Sequence record: SRR2962707_3000
DNA length: 32,343 bases
Direction: 5' to 3' (one strand)
The notes beneath the pieces are model-generated. The model saw only the letters and a list, made by a program, of their open reading frames with translations, ran no database searches and was not told where the DNA came from. The position numbers and the translations under genes were made by a program. This document shows positions 1 to 9,543 of this stretch, one piece after another. Within the stretch, counting starts at the first letter, position 1. Every line of letters begins with the position of its first letter.

Positions 1-38
1 TACTTTTTACCGATTTTTTGTAGACAGCCTAAAAACTC

Positions 39-68
39 CTGGATGATCAAAGGATCATCCGGTTTTTT
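39..68. terminator. Probable bidirectional intrinsic terminator downstream of argJ
   Basis: GGATGATC-aaag-GATCATCC perfect 8-bp stem (41-60), T-run at 63-68 on + and A-run at 31-35 (T-run on -). Confidence 0.7.
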
Positions 69-74
69 CATTTT

Positions 75-1292
75 TTAAGTGGTGTACATTGAATTGAACA
101 TAACATAATCGGTTGAAAGGTCCGTTCCCCATCCCACTGCCGAAGCTTTGCCTTCTCTGAGCTTCATCTCAATAATGATTTCAGATTTTTTCAAAATGCG
201 TTTGACCAAATTCATATCAAACTCTAATGGCTTGCCCTGATCCAGCATTTGAACTGATTCCTGCTCATTACCCAAAAACAGGTCAACCTTATCTGTATTG
301 AATTTTACCCCGGACCGACCCATTGCCGCAAGGACTCTCCCCCAATTAGGATCTCTGCCAAACATGGCAGTTTTCACTAATGATGAGTCTGAAACGACCC
401 GAACGATTTGCCTCGCATCCTTTTTACTCCTGGCACCATTTAGTCGATACTCAATGAACTTTGACGCTCCTTCCCCATCAGAAATAATTAACTTGGCCAA
501 GTATATCATTAGCTCATTCAATTTCTCTTTGAAAAGCTGGTAGTTAGGGTCTCCTACGGAGGAAATGAGCTCATTATCAGCCAGTCCTGTAGTCATAATG
601 GAGGCCATATCATTGGTAGAAGTATCTCCATCTACCGTAATCATATTGAACGAATCATTGACAGCCTCTTTGAATGCTTTATCCAGAAGCTTTTGTTCGA
701 TATTGATATCTGTAAAAGTAAAAGCCAGCATGGTAGCCATGTTCGGATGAATCATCCCTGAGCCCTTGGCTATCCCAGCAATGTTTATGGTGTTTCCGTC
801 AATATCAAACTCCACATGTCCCTCTTTCGCAAACGTATCTGTTGTTAAAATTGCATTCGCTGCAAATGAACCTGCTCTTGAATTCTCAGAAAGGTTTTTC
901 ACATTATCCTTAATGCCTTGAACAACCTCATCTGTCGGAAACTCTTTTCCTATGATCCCGGTAGAAGAAACTAATACCTGATTCACATCGATATCCAATT
1001 CTTCCGCAGTTGCTCTAGCCATTGCGAGGGCTCCTTCTTCTCCTTGCTTTCCGGTTACTGCGTTCGCATTCCCAGAGTTGACCACAATAGCCCGTGCTAT
1101 ATTGTCTGTTTCTTTTAAATGCTTTTGTGAGAGTTTGACCGGAGCTGCACAAACCAAATTTTGTGTAAACGTGGCAGATACCTTAGCCGGCACTTCTGAA
1201 TACATAATTGCCAGGTCACGTCTCATGGATTTAACACCTGTGTGAGCTCCCCAGCACTTGATCCCACGAACATTAGTGATATTTCTAATCAT
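75..1292 (-). CDS. argJ: Bifunctional glutamate N-acetyltransferase / ornithine acetyltransferase
   Basis: NSGNANAVTG, SSTGIIG, ILTTDT, AKGSGMIHPNMATML (autocleavage Thr), DGDTSTND, DGEGASK, DPNWGR motifs. Start moved to ATG at 1292 (MIRNIT) to avoid overlap with argC. Confidence 0.95.
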   Translation of the reverse strand: MIRNITNVRGIKCWGAHTGVKSMRRDLAIMYSEVPAKVSATFTQNLVCAAPVKLSQKHLKETDNIARAIVVNSGNANAVTGKQGEEGALAMARATAEELDIDVNQVLVSSTGIIGKEFPTDEVVQGIKDNVKNLSENSRAGSFAANAILTTDTFAKEGHVEFDIDGNTINIAGIAKGSGMIHPNMATMLAFTFTDINIEQKLLDKAFKEAVNDSFNMITVDGDTSTNDMASIMTTGLADNELISSVGDPNYQLFKEKLNELMIYLAKLIISDGEGASKFIEYRLNGARSKKDARQIVRVVSDSSLVKTAMFGRDPNWGRVLAAMGRSGVKFNTDKVDLFLGNEQESVQMLDQGKPLEFDMNLVKRILKKSEIIIEMKLREGKASAVGWGTDLSTDYVMFNSMYTT

Positions 1293-1311
1293 GTCAATAA
1301 TTGAAAGGTAT

Positions 1312-2349
1312 TTAAGGTTGTAATGGAACAATAGCCAGACCTTCATCCTCATTGAGATCCAGCATTAAATTCATATTCTGAACAGCCTGACCAGCCGCTC
1401 CTTTTACTAAATTATCAATGACTGAAACCGTAATAATGGTTTTAGTACGACCATCATAAGTCACATACAAATCAGCATAATTGGTCCCCCTCACCTGTTT
1501 AAGAGAAGGCACCTGTTCTACAAGCCTAACAAATGGCTCGGTTTCATAGTAGTCTTTAAATATTTTCTGAATAAGTTCTTCCGAAATATCTTTCACTGGT
1601 TTAGAGTAAGACGTTGATAAAATACCTCTATCCACTGGTAGCAAATGCGGAGTAAAAAGAACGGAGGACTCCTCACCGGAATATGCATTGATCACTTCCT
1701 GAATTTCTATGGTGTGTCGGTGGTTCTTTACGCCATAAGCTGTGAAATTGTCATTTACCGCAGGAAAATGCGTGTTTGGTTTTGCCTTATTTCCTGCTCC
1801 TGTTACTCCGGTTTTGGAGTCTACAATTAGGTAGTCTTTGTCTATGATTCCTTCTTTTAAAAGCGGTGCGAGAGCCAATATTGCTGAAGTGGGAAAGCAA
1901 CCCGGGTTGGCTACCAGTTTTGCTTTTCTGATCTTAGCTCGAAATAGTTCCGGCAATCCAAAAACTGCAGCCTCAAAGCCTTTCGGAAAGTTGTGATCCT
2001 TCTTGTACCACGACTTGTAAACATCAGGAGATGATAGTCGGAAGTCCCCTGAAAGGTCAACAATCTTGAAGTCCCGGTCCAAATGATCTTTCACGAAATC
2101 CATGGATACGCCATGCGGAAGAGCTAAAAACACAATATCAAGCTTGTGTTTATCGATCTCCTCGATCCCTACAAGAGGTGCATCAAAAATTCCCTGAAAT
2201 TGTGGGTGAACATCAATAAAACGCTCTCCTTTCCTGGAGTCTGCTGTTATCACTGAAACCTCAACCGAAGGGTGATTGATGAGAATACGAACCAACTCTG
2301 ATCCGGTATAGCCGGTAGCTCCTACGATTCCTATTTTGTATTTACTCAT
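1312..2349 (-). CDS. argC: N-acetyl-gamma-glutamyl-phosphate reductase
   Basis: IVGATGYTG Rossmann motif, DLSGDFRL, ANPGCFPT catalytic Cys, DNLVKGAAGQAVQNMN. Confidence 0.96.
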   Translation of the reverse strand: MSKYKIGIVGATGYTGSELVRILINHPSVEVSVITADSRKGERFIDVHPQFQGIFDAPLVGIEEIDKHKLDIVFLALPHGVSMDFVKDHLDRDFKIVDLSGDFRLSSPDVYKSWYKKDHNFPKGFEAAVFGLPELFRAKIRKAKLVANPGCFPTSAILALAPLLKEGIIDKDYLIVDSKTGVTGAGNKAKPNTHFPAVNDNFTAYGVKNHRHTIEIQEVINAYSGEESSVLFTPHLLPVDRGILSTSYSKPVKDISEELIQKIFKDYYETEPFVRLVEQVPSLKQVRGTNYADLYVTYDGRTKTIITVSVIDNLVKGAAGQAVQNMNLMLDLNEDEGLAIVPLQP

Positions 2350-3542
2350 TTTCTATTTTCCTTGATTGATTGTAGCAATACATCAAAAACTATTTGAAGT
2401 TCGTCTTTGGTGATGTTTAAAGGCGGCACAATCCGAACCACATTGTCAGCTGTAGCATTGGCCAGTACTTTGTGCTCCATCATTGTAGCGACGATCGGTT
2501 TAGACTCGACAGCCAGAACAACACCAAGCATCAACCCCTCACCCCGGACGCCTTCTATTTCAGGGTAATCAACTGAGGCCTTCATGACTTTTTCTCTAAA
2601 CCACTGGCCATTTTCGGTTGCCGCTTCCATCAGATTTTCCTCTTCAATCACCTCAAGTGTGGCCAATGCTGCTGCACAAGCAAGTGGATTCCCTCCGAAG
2701 GTTGTACCATGATCGCCCCAATCAATAGCTGCTCCTACTTTTTCACTGGCAAGCACTGCTCCAATGGGCATTCCTCCACCTAAGCCTTTGGCCAGCGTCA
2801 TCACATCCGGTCTAACACCGTAATGTTCAAACGCAAACATTTTTCCTGTTCGTCCGATACCGCATTGAACTTCATCAAATACCAGCACAATACCTTCTTC
2901 ATCACAGAATGCTCGTAGATCTTTTAAAAACTGCTTTTCAGCGGGAATAATACCTCCTTCTCCCTGGATGGGCTCCATCATTATTGCTCCAATATCCTTA
3001 TTCACCTTTTCTTTCACCAGGTTCATGTCATTGAAGGGAATGTGACAAAAACCTGCAGGAATAGGGTCAAACCCATTCATCATCGCTTTCTTTCCGGTCG
3101 CAGCGATAGTAGCCATCGTTCTACCATGAAAGGCATTTTTCATGCTTATGATCGTTCCGCCTCTTCCGTTTTTACTAGCATATTTCCGTGCAATCTTTAT
3201 GGCCCCTTCTGCAGCTTCAGCCCCGCTATTTCCAAAAAAAACACGTTTCAATCCCGATAGCTCTGCTAGTTTTTTAGCAAGTACCATTTGGGGCTCTGAC
3301 AAATAGAAATTGGAAATATGAATCAGGTTTTTTGCCTGCTCTTGTATGGCATTTACCACTTTGGGATGCGAATGACCAACATTATTGACAGCAATACCGG
3401 CTAGCGCGTCAATGTATTCATTCCCCTCCATGTCCCACAACCTGGCTCCTTTCCCCTTTTTAAAGGCCAGCGGATATCTTTTGAATGTCGGTAAATAATA
3501 TTCTTTGTCTAATTGATGTAACTCCTCTGTACTGTAACTCAT
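2346..3542 (-). CDS. argD: Acetylornithine aminotransferase (class III PLP)
   Basis: NSGAEAAEGAIK, FHGRT, EPIQGEGG, DEVQCGIGRTG, TLAKGLGGG, HGTTFGGNPL; lies between argB and argC. Confidence 0.92.
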   Translation of the reverse strand: MSYSTEELHQLDKEYYLPTFKRYPLAFKKGKGARLWDMEGNEYIDALAGIAVNNVGHSHPKVVNAIQEQAKNLIHISNFYLSEPQMVLAKKLAELSGLKRVFFGNSGAEAAEGAIKIARKYASKNGRGGTIISMKNAFHGRTMATIAATGKKAMMNGFDPIPAGFCHIPFNDMNLVKEKVNKDIGAIMMEPIQGEGGIIPAEKQFLKDLRAFCDEEGIVLVFDEVQCGIGRTGKMFAFEHYGVRPDVMTLAKGLGGGMPIGAVLASEKVGAAIDWGDHGTTFGGNPLACAAALATLEVIEEENLMEAATENGQWFREKVMKASVDYPEIEGVRGEGLMLGVVLAVESKPIVATMMEHKVLANATADNVVRIVPPLNITKDELQIVFDVLLQSIKENRK

Positions 3543-3544
3543 GT

Positions 3545-4357
3545 TTATTTTGTAATCGTAGTACCTACTTGATTCGTTGTATTGATTGCTTCGATTAATT
3601 GTTCGGGCTTTGTTCCATTTATAATTCGTGCTCTCCTTGATCCTGCTTCAATGGCCTGCTGACAAGACTCTATTTTAGGTATCATCCCTCCGACAATCAC
3701 ATTGTCCATCATGTCAGGGATTTGCGCCAACGCCACTTCAGTGATTAACGATCCCGGATCATCTTTATCTCTCCTGATTCCATCCACATCAGTCAAAACC
3801 AAATACTCGGCTTTTAAGGCGCCCGCAATGGCGCCAGCCATCATATCTGCATTGATGTTGTAAGAAATTCCATCTTTATCAGCAGATACACATGCCACAA
3901 TGGGTATGTATCCTTTATCCAGAAGATCATTCAAAATTTCAGGCTGAACTGTTGCCACATCTGCTACCTGCCCCAGATCAATTTGCTTATCTCCTTCATA
4001 ATGAAACCGCTTTTTGGTGGTAATCATTCCCCCATCCTTTCCAGAAAGCCCTACGGCCTTCCCTCCTAATGAATTAATCAAGCCGACAAGGCTGGTATTA
4101 ACTTCTCCTTTCAGGGCCATTTCAATATACTTCATAGCCTCTGGTGTTGTTTTTCGATGACCCCCAATGAATTCAGATTGTATCTGTACTTTATCCAAAA
4201 TAGCATTGATAAAAGGACCACCTCCATGAACTATAACAATGCGATTACCCGCTTTATGAATGTCAACCACATTCTTCAAGATGGATCTTTTGAGGGGCTC
4301 ATCAATCATCGCATTGCCCCCATATTTTATGACAATGGTTTCTTGACTACTACTCAT
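3545..4357 (-). CDS. argB: Acetylglutamate kinase
   Basis: VIKYGGNA, IVHGGGP, GLSGKDG, YNINAD, LTDVDG, GGMIPK motifs. Confidence 0.95.
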   Translation of the reverse strand: MSSSQETIVIKYGGNAMIDEPLKRSILKNVVDIHKAGNRIVIVHGGGPFINAILDKVQIQSEFIGGHRKTTPEAMKYIEMALKGEVNTSLVGLINSLGGKAVGLSGKDGGMITTKKRFHYEGDKQIDLGQVADVATVQPEILNDLLDKGYIPIVACVSADKDGISYNINADMMAGAIAGALKAEYLVLTDVDGIRRDKDDPGSLITEVALAQIPDMMDNVIVGGMIPKIESCQQAIEAGSRRARIINGTKPEQLIEAINTTNQVGTTITK

Positions 4358-5165
4358 TCGTGCTGGATAGGTTTAAGAGACTATCTGTTTTCTTAATAAG
4401 CTTGTTGTTGGCAGTTAATTGATTGTCCAATGACTTTACTTGATAAGCAAGATTCTTAATGGATTTCCTCTGTTCATTTATCAACTGCTCAACACCCTTC
4501 ATGTTTTCAGTATTTGAGGATATTCGATTTGTAAGCGAAACCAGATCTTCACTCTGAGCCCGAAGTGAGTCGATGATTTGTCGATTAAGCTTTTGATTTT
4601 CAATCACTTCCTGATTGTTATCTACAATCGTTTGATGATCAGATTGAATGTTTTTACCAATGATTTGAACATGGTACAATAAGTCCACTCCAACGACAAT
4701 CAGCAAGGCATACATAGCATACTTAAACCCTGACGAGATAGTATTCATGCGGAAATTACGCTTTGACCATTCAATCAATGAAGCATTAAAGCACATTTGG
4801 TAATTACCATACTTGAGGAGATCAGATGCTAGACTAATGTCCGGCAGGAAAATAACTTTTGAATCCTCAGGTGCATTACCGCACGTTTGTGTATTATCTT
4901 CAATTGGAAGTTTGGACCATACACTCAAATAGCCCGCATGCTCCAATTCTTTGATTAGGTTAAGTCTGCCAACCAGGTGATTCATCACCTGTTCAAGTTC
5001 CTCATCACTCACTTTAAGACTGATGGCTTGCTGAAATGTGCTAATCTCAAATTTTCCTTTTGGAAAGTTGAAAGCAACAAAGTCTATAAGTCCAAATGAC
5101 TTCTTACCTGACCGGATCAGGCTTTTCACTAGCTTCTTTTCTTCTTTGCTTAGCGGCCTTTTCAT
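4350..5165 (-). CDS. Hypothetical protein with one central hydrophobic segment and a C-terminal coiled coil
   Basis: 271-aa ORF with YAMYALLIVVGVDLLY hydrophobic stretch then a Q/N/L/I heptad-like tail; overlaps both neighbours (4 and 8 nt). Confidence 0.75.
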   Translation of the reverse strand: MKRPLSKEEKKLVKSLIRSGKKSFGLIDFVAFNFPKGKFEISTFQQAISLKVSDEELEQVMNHLVGRLNLIKELEHAGYLSVWSKLPIEDNTQTCGNAPEDSKVIFLPDISLASDLLKYGNYQMCFNASLIEWSKRNFRMNTISSGFKYAMYALLIVVGVDLLYHVQIIGKNIQSDHQTIVDNNQEVIENQKLNRQIIDSLRAQSEDLVSLTNRISSNTENMKGVEQLINEQRKSIKNLAYQVKSLDNQLTANNKLIKKTDSLLNLSSTNE

Positions 5166-6319
5166 TTCACGATCCTCCTTGGAATGGCTGCTGGTAGTCT
5201 GCTCAACATTTCATTGTTCAATAACTGAGTCACCTGGGTAAAAGAACTGATATTGATTGTATTATTCTTCTGGCGGCCAACAAGTACAACCTCCTCTCCC
5301 ACACTCACATCCTCAATATGGCTAACATCCACCATGAACAAATTCATGTTGATCAAGCCAACAATGGGCGCCTTCTTCCCTTTTATTAGAACATGTCCTC
5401 GGTTTGATTGTGCTCGCGGATACCCATTGGAGTAACCCAAAGGCATCACGGCTACTTTCATGTCCTGAGTGGCCTGATAGGCTGTCCCATATCCTATAAA
5501 TTCACCTGCATCCACGTCACGTATATCCATCACATCTGTCTTCCAGGTAAACAATCGTTTCAAGGAACTATTGGAGGACTTTCCGGTCTCCTGCAAATGC
5601 ATGAAGTAGATATCCGGGCTTGGCCAAAAACCATATTGTGCGACTCCTATCCGAACCATATCATATACTGTATCAGGATACGCCAATGCAGCAGCAGAAC
5701 ATGCTATGTGCCTTATTTCCGGCATGTAGCTTTTCTTTTTGCAGGTCCTTAAAAACTCTTTGTATTTCTTATGCTGACGATCAATTTTGAATTGATTAGA
5801 TAAACTTTCGGCCCCACCGAAATGTGTGCAAAGTCCGGTAAATTCAATGTAGTTCTTATGCTTCTTTACAAAATTGAGACAATCGATGAACTCAGTCTCA
5901 GGTAAGCCTGTACGATTAGCTCCCGTTTCTACTTCCAGATGAACTTTAGCTTTTTTGTCCAGCTTCTTTGCTTCTTCCAGTACCAGTGGAAGTCGTTCAT
6001 AATTAAAAACATAAAACTCGATCTCGTGATCGATTGCCCAGTGGATGTCCTCATCATATAAAATACCCATGATCATCACATCACTGGATGGAGACTTGGC
6101 TTCCAATACCTCCTCTGCTTCAAAAGCTGAGGCGGTAGCAAAATGATTAACCCCTGCTTTCTCAGCCATCTTTACAAATTCCCTGATCCCATGGCCGTAA
6201 GCATTGGCTTTCACAACAGATGAGATGCGAACTTCCGGACCAATTTTTTTTTGAATAAAATTGATGTTTCCGGTGAGGGATGACTGACTGAGCTCAATGC
6301 GAGATGAGTGCCTTACCAT
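5162..6319 (-). CDS. alr: Alanine racemase-family PLP enzyme (divergent specificity residues)
   Basis: VVKANAYGHG PLP-Lys motif, MVRIG, IGYG catalytic Tyr, GYSNG; has INMN in place of VCMD and NNE in place of NYE. Confidence 0.85.
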   Translation of the reverse strand: MVRHSSRIELSQSSLTGNINFIQKKIGPEVRISSVVKANAYGHGIREFVKMAEKAGVNHFATASAFEAEEVLEAKSPSSDVMIMGILYDEDIHWAIDHEIEFYVFNYERLPLVLEEAKKLDKKAKVHLEVETGANRTGLPETEFIDCLNFVKKHKNYIEFTGLCTHFGGAESLSNQFKIDRQHKKYKEFLRTCKKKSYMPEIRHIACSAAALAYPDTVYDMVRIGVAQYGFWPSPDIYFMHLQETGKSSNSSLKRLFTWKTDVMDIRDVDAGEFIGYGTAYQATQDMKVAVMPLGYSNGYPRAQSNRGHVLIKGKKAPIVGLINMNLFMVDVSHIEDVSVGEEVVLVGRQKNNTINISSFTQVTQLLNNEMLSRLPAAIPRRIVK

Positions 6320-8298
6320 AGTTTGGTTTGTTCGTTCCAGATATATGATTTACCCCAACTCTCCTGTGCTAACTCCTTCACTTTCTTAATTACTTTTTCA
6401 TCCACCAGGTGCAGATGAGCGTTTGCTTCCAATGCATTATAATGAAAAGCATAAATCCGTGCCGCAAACTGGTGAAATGGCAGAGATGACTCTCCGGATT
6501 TTTCCTTATTTCCATGTACGGAGGGCCTGATGTCTTGTCCCCAATCCTGCCTTCCCTCATTATTTGGGTTTAAAAAGTAGGCACGATATTCACCGGATTT
6601 GTCTTTATCTACACGAAGAAGTGAAACAGCGTGGAAACCCAACATGTCGCCATGGTTGCTTGTGATAAAGATGCCAATCGGAATCGGATAAACCACTTCC
6701 CTGCCGTCGTTGAATTCAGGATGAAATGCAGCGTAGAAAATTCGAATGAATCCTTCGAAATCCATGATGGAATTACTGAGGTAATCGTAGCAGGATGCAA
6801 ACCCTACCGGAATCCAATGACCATACATTGCCGGATTTACCCATTTGTGTGGATCGTCTGTTCTGCCCATGGACCGACGCATCATTTCATTATATATTCG
6901 ATCGAGGTGTGGAACGAGAATCGCTGAAACAACATCAAGATTATAATCCAGCTTTTCTACCAGCCCTTTGCTTAGTTTGATTGATTCCAGATCATGATTT
7001 TCGAAGCGCATCATCAGGTTGTTCTGAGTAGTAACCGTGATAATCATATCAATAAGCTTTGCAGGAGCATGCTGGCTCCACATGCTTATTCCACGTGCAG
7101 ACTGACAAGTGGGATTATTCCCCTGCCCTATACCTAAAGGTTGACCTAGCACTTTGATGGTACCTCCCAGCAGATATTGTAGGGCTGAAGCTTTGGAATC
7201 AGATTTGCCAATAGATTTCAAAATTCTGGCTTCAACCTGAGAATTAATCTTTGCTCTTCTGAGATTTTCAAAACCGGCTCTTACAGGGCGTCTTGAGAGT
7301 AGATTCCGACCTAAGACTCTACTAAGTCCATAAATGCATTGATAATTCTCAGGGGTGATAACCTCCAGGATGAGCGAAGTGACAAATTCACGAAACTTTT
7401 CCCATTCGGCTTTTCCTCGATCATTCAATGCCAGACAATGAGGCACAAGCTCAGGAAACTGATTCGCCAGGTGTAGGAGCAAAACCGCGTGTTGCTGACT
7501 TACGAGTCCGGTTTTACTCATCGATTTCCCCATCTCGATGGTTTCTTCTTTTAATGCATCATAATCTGCTTTTTCAATGCACGATTTATAATCATCCAGA
7601 GAACGATGCTCCTGTGAAACCTTTGTTGGTGCCTTTATAGCATTAATAAATCTTCGGGTATTCTTATCAATTTCAGAAGATCCGGATGTGTCAAATCGTT
7701 GATCAATGAGTCGAATCAATTCACGTGCCTTCCGTGTTTCTATGGGTCGCTGACTACAGATTAAATCTATTTCTTCTGAAAGCTTTTGATATACCCCACT
7801 CAAGTCAATTTCGGAAAGCAGATATCCGAAAAGATTAGTGGCCTTTTTTACTTCCCTATCACTCATGACCATTCGGGTTTCCTCAGAAAGGTCATTGAGC
7901 GCAAATTCCAGATTGTGAACCAAAATCTCCTCTAATAAGGTGTTCGCCTCTTCCCTTGAAATTTGATCAGAAGGAGCCCCATTAACATAGGATAGAAGTC
8001 TTAATTCAGATAAAATTTCAAAACTCGAAGTAGGATGACCAGCCTGAAGGGTACCCTTAACCAAAGTGGGTACCAGCTTATTTGGATTATCCCAGGATGT
8101 CCCTTTAAAGAATCCCATTTGGTCCAGTTCGGGACTCTTTCTATACAGATATGTGAGCCCATCCCTGGTAAGAGCCAGAATATCGATCTGACTGGCCAGC
8201 TTGGCTGCTTTATCCTTTCTGGTCAGGTCTGAAGCCGTTTTGAAATCTTCAAAACTTGTTTCAAAGTTCTGAAAAAGTTTGTGTTCGGCAATTTCCAT
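6313..8298 (-). CDS. Hypothetical protein, predicted C-terminal papain-like (clan CA) cysteine peptidase/transpeptidase domain
   Basis: 661-aa ORF with GQGNNPTCQS (Gln six residues before Cys), GFHAVSLL and YFLNPNN..DWG. The CDS is certain; the function is inferred. Confidence 0.7.
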   Translation of the reverse strand: MEIAEHKLFQNFETSFEDFKTASDLTRKDKAAKLASQIDILALTRDGLTYLYRKSPELDQMGFFKGTSWDNPNKLVPTLVKGTLQAGHPTSSFEILSELRLLSYVNGAPSDQISREEANTLLEEILVHNLEFALNDLSEETRMVMSDREVKKATNLFGYLLSEIDLSGVYQKLSEEIDLICSQRPIETRKARELIRLIDQRFDTSGSSEIDKNTRRFINAIKAPTKVSQEHRSLDDYKSCIEKADYDALKEETIEMGKSMSKTGLVSQQHAVLLLHLANQFPELVPHCLALNDRGKAEWEKFREFVTSLILEVITPENYQCIYGLSRVLGRNLLSRRPVRAGFENLRRAKINSQVEARILKSIGKSDSKASALQYLLGGTIKVLGQPLGIGQGNNPTCQSARGISMWSQHAPAKLIDMIITVTTQNNLMMRFENHDLESIKLSKGLVEKLDYNLDVVSAILVPHLDRIYNEMMRRSMGRTDDPHKWVNPAMYGHWIPVGFASCYDYLSNSIMDFEGFIRIFYAAFHPEFNDGREVVYPIPIGIFITSNHGDMLGFHAVSLLRVDKDKSGEYRAYFLNPNNEGRQDWGQDIRPSVHGNKEKSGESSLPFHQFAARIYAFHYNALEANAHLHLVDEKVIKKVKELAQESWGKSYIWNEQTKLW

Positions 8299-8319
8299 TA
8301 AATGTGGCCTCTAACTGTT

Positions 8320-9543
8320 TTAAACGTAGAAATCTACTTTTTGATAATGCTTCAATAGTTCTGTCATCCGGTCCGGATCCTCTCCTTTAAAGTTGATCGT
8401 TCCGAAATGATTACCAAATCCTTCACGGTCATCACTGATTTTTTGAGTACTCAGAGGTGGTAATAGTGTATGGTCCACAAAGTAAGGTTCGTTATTCAAT
8501 TCTTCCGGAATCTCAAGTTTAGAGAACTGTTTTTTGTGAGGATAGATCATCACATTTCCATGATAATTTTTCGGTTTATTATTCGGATCAGGTAAGATCT
8601 CGGCGATTTCCTTATCCGTCAGGCTCGGGTCATGAATCTGAACAAAAGCAGCCAACGCATCAAACTCATAGGATTTACCACATAACTCCAGAATATGCCC
8701 TCCCGGTATCCTGCAGGCCGTTTCACCAAAGTTCAACTCATCATTTTCTGTTAGGAACCATTCAGGGTGTACCATTCCATATTCGATTCCGAAAATGTCC
8801 ACCAGTTTCTGAACATGCTTATGAATTAAATCTCTTTTGGACTCGAGGTAGTGACCCTCCGGGATAAAGTTTGAATAGCCGAGTTTCACATACTCAGTAA
8901 TATTTAAAAATTTGATTTCTCCACCATGGATAAACGCTTCGCAAGAAAATTCTCGCCCGGGAAGGTGGCTTTCTGCCAGACAAGGGAAATCGCCATCTTC
9001 ACATTCCTGATCTATCTGATCCATAGATCTCAACAGTCGATGACCAACTGTACCAGCTGAGGCAAAGGGTTTAATATGAACCCAGCTATCCTCTTCACCA
9101 TCGAGTTGAAGGTTGGCTTCATTCAATCGCTTCATGAAGGCTTTCACTCCTTCTTTATTGTAAACTTCTTCAAATAGGCCAACGCGCAAACCTCCTATTA
9201 GTGCCTTTCGCTTCATCATGGCCTTGTTTCGAAATAGAAACGCCCGGTTAAGCACACGAGGATCATCCCTGTAGATTGAGTTGAGTGCTCCTGCCCATTC
9301 CACCGTTTCTTCGAATAATGGAACAGCGACATCTACGTCATAAGCTTTCAACTTCTCTGCCAGGTCAAGTGAGTTTGATGTATCACTCCATTCATCTAGC
9401 TGATATGGAACAAAGGGTATATTATTTTCTTTTGCGTAAGGTTCAAAATCAGGAAAGGAAACCACTACAAACGGTTTCCCGGTCTTCTGCATACTCTCAA
9501 TTACGGGCAAACTCCACCCCATCAATGCGAAACATTTAGCCAT
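8320..9543 (-). CDS. ATP-grasp carboxylate-amine ligase, L-amino-acid ligase-like
   Basis: FRNKAMMK, IKPFASAGTVG, ESHLPGREFSCE, HPEWF and FGETACRIPGG correspond to ATP-grasp peptide-ligase motifs. Confidence 0.85.
   Translation of the reverse strand: MAKCFALMGWSLPVIESMQKTGKPFVVVSFPDFEPYAKENNIPFVPYQLDEWSDTSNSLDLAEKLKAYDVDVAVPLFEETVEWAGALNSIYRDDPRVLNRAFLFRNKAMMKRKALIGGLRVGLFEEVYNKEGVKAFMKRLNEANLQLDGEEDSWVHIKPFASAGTVGHRLLRSMDQIDQECEDGDFPCLAESHLPGREFSCEAFIHGGEIKFLNITEYVKLGYSNFIPEGHYLESKRDLIHKHVQKLVDIFGIEYGMVHPEWFLTENDELNFGETACRIPGGHILELCGKSYEFDALAAFVQIHDPSLTDKEIAEILPDPNNKPKNYHGNVMIYPHKKQFSKLEIPEELNNEPYFVDHTLLPPLSTQKISDDREGFGNHFGTINFKGEDPDRMTELLKHYQKVDFYV

Noticed and set aside
5162-9543. VanC/VanT-like D-Ala-D-Ser glycopeptide resistance cluster
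   Set aside because: The ATP-grasp protein lacks D-Ala-D-X ligase motifs (GG.S.E, LHG..GEDG, NT.PG), the racemase has no membrane domain, and no vanXY/vanRS genes are present.
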